NCBI GenBank assembly: GCA_036676455.1
Contig: JAKFCW010000116.1
Location: 67,555 to 131,554 of the forward strand
Length of the DNA: 64,000 nucleotides
Reading direction: 5' to 3'
Source of the DNA: Candidatus Sericytochromatia bacterium
GTDB taxonomy: Bacteria > Cyanobacteriota > Sericytochromatia > S15B-MN24 > UBA4093
Translations under genes and position numbers: made by a program
Shown here: in pieces, positions 27,564-35,464 of the stretch
How positions within the stretch are numbered: the first letter of the stretch is position 1
How the letters are laid out: each line of letters starts with the position of its first letter
Notes under the pieces: model-generated
Told to the model about the DNA's origin: nothing
The model's input: the letters and a program-made list of their open reading frames with translations, nothing else
Databases searched by the model: none

Positions 27564-27989
27564 CTACTGTGCGCCGACTTGGGCGGTTCCATCGGCCTTT
27601 ACGACGAGGTTCTGGGATCCCTCTGCCGTCCCGCCCTTTTGGTCAGAGATCGAGACCTGGACGATGTAGGTCCCGGCGGTGGACGGAGGCGTCCAGTTGA
27701 CCACCCGGCCGGTATTCGTGCTTAAGGTCCCACCGGTGGCGGTCCATGTGTACTTCAGAATGTCGTTGTCCGGATCCACGGCGTCAATCGAGAAAGTAAT
27801 CGCTTGGCCGGGGGACGTGGTGTTGGTCGGGTTCGCCGTGAATGACATGATCGTCGGCTGGCGGTTGGTCCCGGCTGCCGAGCCACCGATTCCGGTAGCG
27901 TTGGTGATCTGGGTCTTGATGTCGCAGCCGGCGAGGGCCGGAAGAGCGATCATGGAGACGATGAGTGCGGCGGAGAGACGACGAGCCAT
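27564..27989 (-). CDS. Lipoprotein with PKD-like domain
   Basis: MARRLSAALIVSMIALPALAGC lipobox; …ITFSIDAVDPDNDILKYTWTATGG… resembles a PKD/Ig-like fold. The ORF track starts at 28037. Confidence 0.5.
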   Translation of the reverse strand: MARRLSAALIVSMIALPALAGCDIKTQITNATGIGGSAAGTNRQPTIMSFTANPTNTTSPGQAITFSIDAVDPDNDILKYTWTATGGTLSTNTGRVVNWTPPSTAGTYIVQVSISDQKGGTAEGSQNLVVKADGTAQVGAQ

Positions 27990-28143
27990 CGTGCGGATCC
28001 TTTCTGCATCCAAGCAATGATCCGGGACCGGTATCATCGAGTCCCGGAAGGGATAGCGAACCCTCGCTTGTTCCTCTGTGGTGAATTAAACCACCAATCC
28101 ATATGAACGAAACCTTAGCTACCATCCGGAGTGGAGGACGTTC

Positions 28144-28503
28144 ATGGACCTGCCCCCTTTCAGCAAAGCCATCAAAGCCCGGCGGAGCGAACTAAATTAC
28201 TCCTTGAAGGAGGCTTCCCGGCGAACGGGGATCCAGCCGAGCCGCCTCCATGACCTGGAGCAGGGCCGCAGTTCGACTACCGGGAAACCCACCGGGCCCT
28301 CCCGGGAGAACATCAAGAAGATCGCCAAGGGCTACCTCCTAGATGAAGCCTACCTACTCGACCTTTCCGGCCAGCCCAAACTCGACGCATCCACCTCCTC
28401 CGAGCGGCGGCTCCTAAGTCACTTCCGGGGACTGATTCCCGGTCACCAGGAGGCCATCCTTGCCCTGGTAGACCACCTTTACCGACTGGACCAGTCCCCA
28501 TAG
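28144..28503 (+). CDS. XRE-family helix-turn-helix transcriptional regulator
   Basis: …ARRSELNYSLKEASRRTGIQPSRLHDLEQG… HTH_3-like N-terminus plus a C-terminal extension. Confidence 0.6.
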   Translation: MDLPPFSKAIKARRSELNYSLKEASRRTGIQPSRLHDLEQGRSSTTGKPTGPSRENIKKIAKGYLLDEAYLLDLSGQPKLDASTSSERRLLSHFRGLIPGHQEAILALVDHLYRLDQSP

Positions 28504-28518
28504 ATCCAAAGCGCCGTC

Positions 28519-29433
28519 TCAGGCCTCCAGGGCCCTCCTGACGGTCTCCTCGCTGACCACCGCATAGCGCTGGGTGGTTTGGAGGTTCCGGTGCCCAAGG
28601 ACCTTCTGGACGACTTCCACCGGCTTCCCCTCGTTGATCAGCCGGGTCGCGTAGGTGTGCCGGAGCTGATGAATGGTCGCCTCGACCCCGGCCGCCCGGC
28701 AGTAGCGTTGCCAAGCTTTCTGGATGACCGAGTAGTGGATCGGAGCGCCGGCAGTTCCGTTCCGGCGTTTGCTCTCGTTCGGCCGGAACAAGAGTCCCCG
28801 GCCGGTGATCGTCTCGCCGTCGCCGGCAAGCCAACCTTGCGAGCGGAGGTAGCGCCGGAGCATGCTGTAGCTTTCAGTCTTGATGAGGTAGATGGTCCTC
28901 TCCCGGCCACCCTTTCCGATGATCGTGATCTCCTGGGCCGCCATCCGGATCTGCTCCAGGCGGACGGAAAGGATCTCCGAGACCCGAGCACCGGTATCCG
29001 CCAGGAGCTGAAAGATCAGGCGGTCCCGCTTGTCCTTGATGATCCGGAGAACTGCCTGGACCTCCCCGGATCGCATGGCTCGGGGTTGGGCCTCCGGGAC
29101 ATTGATCCGGGGAAGGCGCTCAACCGGATTGGCCGGCAGGAGGTCTCCCTGGACGCACCACCGGAGAAAGGCAGACAAGGCTGAGCGATGCCGGGCCATG
29201 GTTGCCGGCGATCGACCTTGTAAAGACCGAAGGTAGTCGCGGACCACTTGGACAGAGAGCGCCCCGATTTCGCCCTTGTAGAAGGTCATGAAGGTCTGGA
29301 GGTTGCTTTGGTAGCCCCGGAGGGTCTCCGGTCTGTTTCCCTCCACCCGGAGGTCGGCCAGGAAGTCGTTAAGTAGAGTCTCCAGGGAGGCTCGCCGGCA
29401 ACCCGGCAGACCCGTATGCAGGATCCTTGGCAT
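28519..29433 (-). CDS. Tyrosine recombinase XerC/XerD-like (second island recombinase)
   Basis: N-terminal SAM-like domain (…LETLLNDFLADLRVEGNRPETLRGYQSNL…). Catalytic residues …R…HQLRHTYATRLI…LGHRNLQTTQRYA…. The ORF track begins at 29553; a probable internal ATG start lies at 29433. Confidence 0.8.
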   Translation of the reverse strand: MPRILHTGLPGCRRASLETLLNDFLADLRVEGNRPETLRGYQSNLQTFMTFYKGEIGALSVQVVRDYLRSLQGRSPATMARHRSALSAFLRWCVQGDLLPANPVERLPRINVPEAQPRAMRSGEVQAVLRIIKDKRDRLIFQLLADTGARVSEILSVRLEQIRMAAQEITIIGKGGRERTIYLIKTESYSMLRRYLRSQGWLAGDGETITGRGLLFRPNESKRRNGTAGAPIHYSVIQKAWQRYCRAAGVEATIHQLRHTYATRLINEGKPVEVVQKVLGHRNLQTTQRYAVVSEETVRRALEA

Positions 29434-29651
29434 GTGGTCCTCCTCGTTGTGCGTGGTAACGATAAGAAGGGGATCCGGGTTGTGGGACCGGAAGGCTTGG
29501 TGCCATCTCGCGGGTCCTCCGGAGTGTGCGCGGCAATGTTCATTACCGCGCACATTGCCCAGATTGTGTGGCCTACCTCATGGCATATTGGGGACGAAGG
29601 CCTGGAGATGGCTTCACCCACACGCGCCCATGCAAGGCAAGGAGACCCCCT

Positions 29652-29816
29652 ATGAGCCCCTCGTACCAAGAATTGCTTGCGCAGAACGTCGCCCTTAAGC
29701 AGGAACTTCAGCGTGCCACCGAGATCATCAACCGGCTGAGAGCCGAAAATGACGAACTCCGGAGGCGCCAGGGCGGCGATGGACTGGACGGTTTGCTTGG
29801 CCGGCTAGGGCGTTAA
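29652..29816 (+). CDS. Small coiled-coil protein
   Basis: 54 aa (MSPSYQELLAQNVALKQELQRATEIINRLRAENDELRRRQ…) with a strong RBS, AAGGAGA. Heptad-like pattern. Confidence 0.4.
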   Translation: MSPSYQELLAQNVALKQELQRATEIINRLRAENDELRRRQGGDGLDGLLGRLGR

Positions 29817-30020
29817 TACCTTCAAGGCCTCTGCGAGCCGTCAGTTCTCGCGGAGGCCTTGTGGTCCTTGCTATCGCCCTTGCGCTGGTTGGCCTCGAAC
29901 CTTGCCATCCGTCGCTCGATCTCCTGGAGCAATTCATCGAGTTCTACGGAGATTGCTTCCAAGTCGATGGGAACTTCAACCTCCTGGAGACTCTCCTCCG
30001 ACTCCTTCAGGGGACCTCCG

Positions 30021-30278
30021 CTATGACTGCCGGATCTGATCCCCAGGCTCCGTCTTGGGACCGAATACGGCGAACCCCCTGCCCATGGCCACCCCTGCAA
30101 CAAAGGACCGCTCAGCGATCGTCCGACTCCGCTCTAGGTGAAGCTGATGAAGTTGCTCGATCTCCTTCTGGTAGTCCGGCGACAGCACCTCTCGGAGGCA
30201 GTCCAGGCGGCCCGCAATGTCTACGATGAACCGATCGTTCACTTCGGCAAGCATGTCTTCGATGACCTCAAGACACAT
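30021..30278 (-). CDS. Small hypothetical protein; it may be fused by a frameshift with ORF 29822..30103
   Basis: 85-aa ORF. Partly overlaps a second minus-strand ORF in another frame (29822..30103, acidic coiled-coil-like). Weak evidence. Confidence 0.3.
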   Translation of the reverse strand: MCLEVIEDMLAEVNDRFIVDIAGRLDCLREVLSPDYQKEIEQLHQLHLERSRTIAERSFVAGVAMGRGFAVFGPKTEPGDQIRQS

Positions 30279-30552
30279 ATTGATCCTCCCTCAATAGTTG
30301 CAAGGCAGACGGGACACCCGGCCGGAGGCCATCCGGCGTGTGAGAGACGGGACATGGCAAACCACCCCCTTGGTTATCCAATATCGACGGTATTGCCACT
30401 AGGTAGAAAACATTCAAGCGTGCCGTTACAGGCACTCGACAGGGTCGTACTTTTGAGATGACTCGTTAGGCAGCATTGGGAACCATCGTTTTGATGGCAG
30501 AAGAGGCGGGTAAGTAATCAAGGGTTATCAGACCTTATGCAAGGACAATGCA

Positions 30553-31752
30553 ATGAATCGACGAAATGCGACGGCTGTCTCCCTGATCGCTCTTACCTTA
30601 GGTATTGGCATCATTGCCGGGTGCGCCGACTTACAAGGTGTATTGACCGGCTCGACGCAGGATCAATCCCAAGGCTCTTTTGGAAAGGTACTTTTCCAAA
30701 TTGCTTTGCCCAGCAGCGAACGACAGATTGCGGGCGTGCTGGATGTAGTCGATCGAATCGAATTGTCTCTGTCAGGTTCAGCCCTAAGCACTCCGTTATC
30801 TTCGACGATTAGCAAGTCCGAGATTTCTAGTGGTGGAGCTTCGGCAACAATCGAACGAGTTCCCCCCGGACAGCTGTTACTTTCGGCGTCCGTACTGGAC
30901 GGTATAGGGAACGTACTAGCAACCGGTTCGGCACCAGTAACCGTCGTAGCAGGGCGTCAAGCCACAGCCAACATGACGTTAACAATTCCAACCACAGGAT
31001 CGGTCGGTTCAACGATCACGTTGGAGGAAGGCTCGCCAGTTCCAGGGGCTAGTCCAAGTCCTTCATCATTTAGCTTTAGCCCCACGGCACAGCTCACTGG
31101 CAAGATCACGTATGACGGTTCCCCCCTTGAGTTTGCGGACGATAACTACGATCCGGTAATGAAGATCAAGGAGCCAGGCTTGACCCTATTGGGTCATTCC
31201 TCAGCAGTGTTTGAGAATCAGTACTTTCAGTATGTTGGCTTAACCGAGAGTAAGCCATATCAGGTTGTTTGGGACTATCAAGGACAGCCCCCGGCTAGTG
31301 CAGCGGCAATTAATACTATTAGGCTATTTGTCTCGGACCCTATTACCGCTTCCGCCGTCGCAGTAGACCCCATGGTCGCCATGGACATCATGTGGGAAAC
31401 GAAGGCTTCACCGAACTATGGAGCATACATCCATCCAACGACCGATAACCCTGTCAGCTTCAGCTTTAGCAAAGTCCCTCATTTAGACGCCGAGTATCAG
31501 GTAGATGTCTTTGACGTGAACGGTGCTAGGCAGTGGTCGTCAGCTTGGCTTACAAGTTCTTCCGTGTCTTGGAATGGGCGCAAAGGAACGGAAACGAACA
31601 CCCCTACTGGAGCAGAGATTTCGCCTGGTTCCTATTCCTACTCGATCAAGTTCCGTAAGGTGGGTGGGACATTTGGTGGAGCAAATTATTACGGGGAGTC
31701 TTTCAGAATTCCGCTCCAGAAGTCGCTCAGTGGGCCTGTAATAAATGATTGA
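30553..31752 (+). CDS. Lipoprotein of unknown function in a low-GC patch
   Basis: 399 aa. Signal peptide with lipobox (…LGIGIIAGC). Ser/Thr/Gly-rich and beta-rich. The gene and its upstream region are markedly AT-richer than the flanks. Confidence 0.6.
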   Translation: MNRRNATAVSLIALTLGIGIIAGCADLQGVLTGSTQDQSQGSFGKVLFQIALPSSERQIAGVLDVVDRIELSLSGSALSTPLSSTISKSEISSGGASATIERVPPGQLLLSASVLDGIGNVLATGSAPVTVVAGRQATANMTLTIPTTGSVGSTITLEEGSPVPGASPSPSSFSFSPTAQLTGKITYDGSPLEFADDNYDPVMKIKEPGLTLLGHSSAVFENQYFQYVGLTESKPYQVVWDYQGQPPASAAAINTIRLFVSDPITASAVAVDPMVAMDIMWETKASPNYGAYIHPTTDNPVSFSFSKVPHLDAEYQVDVFDVNGARQWSSAWLTSSSVSWNGRKGTETNTPTGAEISPGSYSYSIKFRKVGGTFGGANYYGESFRIPLQKSLSGPVIND

Positions 31753-31901
31753 GTGGCGTATTACTAGCAAACCGTTTGCAAACGAACTCTTTGGCACGAG
31801 GGAGCAACTAGCGGGATTATTTGGGACTCAGGTTCCGCCAAATCGAGATTAGACGGGACTCACGAAACCGTCTTGGGAATAGGGGGGATAGGGGCCATCA
31901 G

Positions 31902-31964
31902 ACTCGAAATGCGTTGCCCCGTAAGGGGTTGGGGGTTCGAGTCCCCTGCCCTCCGCTCCCACCA
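31902..31964 (+). repeat. attR: 63-bp direct repeat (partial tRNA-Ser 3' half, no 5' half)
   Basis: Identical to 21551-21613. The 28 nt upstream do not form a tRNA 5' half. Confidence 0.85.
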
Positions 31965-31970
31965 GTAATC

Positions 31971-32010
31971 GCTTAGAGCCCCCGGCCGAATCGGCCGGGG
32001 GCTCTAAGCC
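31971..32010 (+). terminator. Perfect 18-bp hairpin GCTTAGAGCCCCCGGCCG aat CGGCCGGGGGCTCTAAGC downstream of attR
   Basis: Read directly. Likely the original tRNA-Ser terminator. Confidence 0.55.
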
Positions 32011-32052
32011 TATTGGCCCTACCCGGGCTGACCCGGGAGGCGAGCGACCGTG

Positions 32053-32502
32053 CTAGTGGCCGGCGTGATCGCTGCTGCCCACGCGTGCGGCCTCCTCCCC
32101 ATGCGGGATGAGCCAGTTGATGAAGTGGTAGTGGGGCTCGGGCACGCCGGGATGGCCGGGATTGTACGCGATATCGGTATGGTCGATCGATAGGCCCGCC
32201 GCCGCGCCGCCGACATTGGTCCAGTTCTTGCGCTCATTGAGCTGCGAGAGCGGAAGCATGTAGGTGATGTTGGTCAACTTCCCCTTGCGATCGTAGCCCA
32301 GAAACGGGCCAGCAGGCAGGGTCTTGGGATCGACGTACAAGGTGCCGTAGCCGGGCAGGAATTCCGGAAGCTGGACGAGCGTGCTCACCTTCTTGAAGTT
32401 CGCAGGCGGCTTGGTCATCACGTCGCTCTTGGCGAGGGCTTGGCTCGCGCCGGTCGCGAGAAGCGCTCCGGTGACCAGCAATGCAGGCAGGATGGTTCTC
32501 AT
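32053..32502 (-). CDS. Secreted hypothetical protein
   Basis: 149 aa from an internal ATG (RBS AGGAGAA): MRTILPALLVTGALLATGASQALA signal peptide, then a His-rich C-terminus. The 331-aa ORF in the track is an upstream read-through artefact. Confidence 0.5.
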   Translation of the reverse strand: MRTILPALLVTGALLATGASQALAKSDVMTKPPANFKKVSTLVQLPEFLPGYGTLYVDPKTLPAGPFLGYDRKGKLTNITYMLPLSQLNERKNWTNVGGAAAGLSIDHTDIAYNPGHPGVPEPHYHFINWLIPHGEEAARVGSSDHAGH

Positions 32503-32790
32503 CACAATTCTCCTAAGCATGAGCAGGGAAGGCGATGGAAAGCCGGCGCCTGGAGATCCAGGCAGCAAGAACCCATCTTGAATGTTCATTAAAATACATA
32601 ACATACTCTTGCTCGCTTCAGCAAGGAACGGAGGGGGCAGCGTCAAACCGACGAAGAAGGCTGCCATCGCTGGACGGGCTGGACGCTGCCCAGGGTTTCT
32701 CAAAGCGGCTATGGTTCGGTGAGTGCAGCGAGCTCCGAGGGGGACATCCCGCCTGGAGCGTGACGCCAGCAAGACCAAAGGAGGCGAGGA

Positions 32791-33484
32791 GATGCAGAGC
32801 GTGTTGGAGCGGCGAGCGGAGACAGCGACGGCCCTGCCGCAGCTGTCGACGGAAGCATCCCCATGGAATTGGCTAGAGGCGAGGCGGATCGGCGGGGCTG
32901 TGATCGCCTTGCAAGGCGCCCGCTGGCTCGCGACCCGACTTAACCAGCGCTCGGTGCCGCCGACGCGTACCGGCGGCATGCTCGGAGACCTCGCCGGAGG
33001 GCTGGGCCGTGGGCTCGTCGCGGGAGCCGTGGGCACGGTGATCATCACCGCGGCTGCGGCGGCCCATCAGCAGATCAAGAGCCGCCTGAAGGCCAAGCCC
33101 GGCGAAGCGAAGCCCCCCACCGATCTCTTCCAGGTCCTCATCGGTCCCTGGCTCTTTTCCGCCGATGCCGTCAGCAAGGTTATGGGCGGCCTCACGCCCA
33201 AGGACGAGGCCGCGAAACGGCGCCTGGCCCTGGCTGCCCACGTGGGTTACGGCAGCGCTTGGGGGATGAGCCTGGCCGCCCTGTCGCTCGCGGGCATCCG
33301 GGGACCCGCGGCCATGGGAGTCCTGCTCGGGGGGGTCCTGGGCGCCGAGATGGCCTTGATGCCCCGGGCCGGGTTCTTTCCGCCGGTCGGGCAGTGGGGG
33401 ACCGAGGCCGTGATCAGTAGCACCTACCAGCACGCCCTCTACGCGATCGCCGCGGGGCTCACCTTCGACCTGCTGGAGCGGTGA
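32791..33484 (+). CDS. Hypothetical membrane protein (Gly/Ala-rich TM helices)
   Basis: ATG 32791 preceded by AAAGGAGGCGAGGAG. Several GxxxG-rich hydrophobic segments. Confidence 0.45.
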
Positions 33485-33831
33485 GGTCCTGCCTTGGCAC
33501 TACCACCGACGCCTGATCTCCGAATGCCTAGTCGCCAAGGGCCACGAGGTCTATGACATCGTCAGCGAGGCCCCGCCCCGCCTGCACCGGCTCTCGCCCT
33601 TTGCTGTCAAGGCGGGCCCCTGCGTGATCTACCCCGAAGAGCGCGACTCCTGAGGGCCGTTCCGGCTCCGGCTCGATGGTTAACTATTGGTTAATCTTTA
33701 CTTAGATTGAGATTAAAATTCGCGGCTATTCGGCTCGCCGAGCGCCCTTGAGGGGAGATGCCCCCTTAAGCAAGTGACAACGTATTCATCACGACCTGTT
33801 AATCAGCATCATCCCTCCTTAACAAAAAGAA

Positions 33832-34452
33832 GTGAGCATGAAGAAGAGCATTCCTTTCCTCCTGGCGGCGCTGCTGGCCGGTTGCGCGGCCCCGGGAACC
33901 ATGGGCGGGCTCTCGCTGACCGGGCCCGGATCCTTCACGGCGGACGACGTCCTCCTGGACGCCCAGTACATGAAGTGGTGGGTCGATCGCCCCGTCACGC
34001 AGGCGGATGTCGAGTTCCTGGCCCGCGCGATCTCCGCCGAGGCGCGCGGCGAGGTGACCCGCTACAAGAAATCCGGCGACGCCTCCGTCAAGAAATCCGT
34101 GCAGGGAGTGGCCTACGTCATCGCCCGCACGGCCGCGGTCCGCAAGCAGAGCGTCGAGGGCCTGATCAAGGGTCAGTCCGACTTCCTCTCCTCCTGGCAC
34201 CTCCAGAACCGGGCCGGAAACGCGGAGAATTACCGCCAGTTCTTCCTGCCGACCCAGAAGATCGTCTACTGGGACGAGCTCTGCGGGATCGCCCGGACCG
34301 CCCTGGAGGGCCAGGATCCCACGGGCATCGATCCCAACCACTTCTACGACGTCTCCATCGCCCATCGGCCGCCCCGCTGGGCCGTCGGTTCCGGCGTCTC
34401 GAAGCGCCAGCTCGGCCGGATGATCTTCGTCTACACGCCGAAGGACATCTAG
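33832..34452 (+). CDS. Cell-wall hydrolase, SleB/CwlJ (Hydrolase_2) family lipoprotein
   Basis: Lipobox LLAGC. …LARAISAEARGE…VQGVAYVIARTA… matches the SleB catalytic-domain pattern. Confidence 0.65.
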   Translation: MSMKKSIPFLLAALLAGCAAPGTMGGLSLTGPGSFTADDVLLDAQYMKWWVDRPVTQADVEFLARAISAEARGEVTRYKKSGDASVKKSVQGVAYVIARTAAVRKQSVEGLIKGQSDFLSSWHLQNRAGNAENYRQFFLPTQKIVYWDELCGIARTALEGQDPTGIDPNHFYDVSIAHRPPRWAVGSGVSKRQLGRMIFVYTPKDI

Positions 34453-34505
34453 CCCCCGCCTGAAGACCCGGCATGGCCCTACACAGAAAGGACCGAGAAA
34501 TCTCC

Positions 34506-35018
34506 ATGAAACGGTTACTGAGCCTCTCGCTGCTGGCGCTGACGCTGGCAGGCTGCGGGCAGCAGCCCCTGGCCCCGGCTACCGTCACGACCTCCACCAC
34601 GGAGACCGTGAGCGCGCAGGACGTCAACCTGGTCAAGAGCCAGATCAAGCAGCTGGTAAAGGTCTACTTCCGCTACCTCGATGACAACAACGACGGCCGG
34701 GTGAGCAAGAAGGAGCTCGCGAAGAACGCGCCGGGTCCCTTCTTCATGCGCCCCTACTTCGACAAGAACAACGACGGCTACCTCAGCTACGACGAGTTGC
34801 TCCAGATGATGGGGACCACGGTGCACACCGCGGCGAAGCTGCTCTACACCGTCTGCGACACCGACTTCGACGGCCGCGTCACGCGCGACGACATCAAGCT
34901 GGTGCCCTTCGCCAAGTACTTCTTCACCCTGGCCGACAAGAACGACGACGGCGTCATTTCGCTGACCGAGTTCGAGAAGCTTGTGACCAGCATCGGTCTC
35001 GTCAAGAACCCCTTCTAG
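34506..35018 (+). CDS. Secreted lipoprotein with four EF-hand calcium-binding motifs
   Basis: MKRLLSLSLLALTLAGC lipobox. EF loops DDNNDGRVSKKE, DKNNDGYLSYDE, DTDFDGRVTRDD and DKNDDGVISLTE. Confidence 0.7.
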   Translation: MKRLLSLSLLALTLAGCGQQPLAPATVTTSTTETVSAQDVNLVKSQIKQLVKVYFRYLDDNNDGRVSKKELAKNAPGPFFMRPYFDKNNDGYLSYDELLQMMGTTVHTAAKLLYTVCDTDFDGRVTRDDIKLVPFAKYFFTLADKNDDGVISLTEFEKLVTSIGLVKNPF

Positions 35019-35035
35019 CAAAATCGCCCGCTAAA

Positions 35036-35074
35036 GCCCGAGGGGCGCCGCAGATGCGGCGCCCCTCGGGTTTT
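35036..35074. terminator. Bidirectional rho-independent terminator (CCCGAGGGGCGCCGC agat GCGGCGCCCCTCGGG TTTT)
   Basis: Perfect 15-bp stem followed by T-run. It sits between convergent genes. Confidence 0.75.
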
Positions 35075-35091
35075 ACTCATCGGGAGTCGAC

Positions 35092-35460
35092 TCAGCGCTT
35101 GAAGGCTGTGAGGGCGAGCAAGACCCAGCCCACGATGAAGAGCACGCCTCCGATGGGCGTGATGGCACCGAGCCAGCGGATGCCGGTGAAGGCCAGCGTA
35201 TAGAGGCTTCCCGAGAAGATCAGGATCCCGAAGAGGAAGCACCAACCGGCTGCGACACTCAGCCCTCCCGGGAAACGCTGGATGGCCCAGGAGGCGGCGA
35301 TCAGGGCAAGGGCATGAATGAGGTGATAATGGGCTCCGGTCTCCCAGATCTGGAGCAAATCGGGAGTGACGCGGGCCTTCAGGCCGTGCGCTCCGAAGGC
35401 GCCGAAGGCGACCCCGAGCGCGCCCATCAAGGCACCGATGGCGAAGAAGAGACGATCCAT
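35092..35460 (-). CDS. DUF423 family small membrane protein (YgdD-like)
   Basis: 122 aa, four TM helices. …GAHGLK…HYHLIHALAL… conserved pattern. Confidence 0.8.
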   Translation of the reverse strand: MDRLFFAIGALMGALGVAFGAFGAHGLKARVTPDLLQIWETGAHYHLIHALALIAASWAIQRFPGGLSVAAGWCFLFGILIFSGSLYTLAFTGIRWLGAITPIGGVLFIVGWVLLALTAFKR

Positions 35461-35464
35461 GGAC

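Larger units (their letters stand above)
21551..31964 (+). mobile_element. About 10.4 kb integrative genomic island inserted in the 3' end of tRNA-Ser
   Basis: Bounded by 63-bp perfect direct repeats of the tRNA 3' half. A tyrosine integrase lies immediately next to the intact tRNA copy. The island also carries a second tyrosine recombinase, an excisionase-like HTH and XRE regulators. AT-richer patches at about 22.5-24.1 kb and 30.3-31.9 kb contrast with the roughly 68% GC flanks. Confidence 0.75.

Noticed and set aside
31902-31964. Second tRNA-Ser gene
   Set aside because: Only the 3' 54 nt of the tRNA (plus 9 bp) are present. The upstream 28 nt cannot form the acceptor or D arms. It is interpreted as attR, not a gene.
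33499-33831. Possible gene in the 330-bp gap before the SleB-like lipoprotein
   Set aside because: Only short ORFs with poor GC3 and no RBS. The region contains an AT-rich stretch (ttaactattggttaatctttacttagattgagattaaaattc) that looks like a promoter or UP element for the downstream lipoprotein gene rather than coding sequence.
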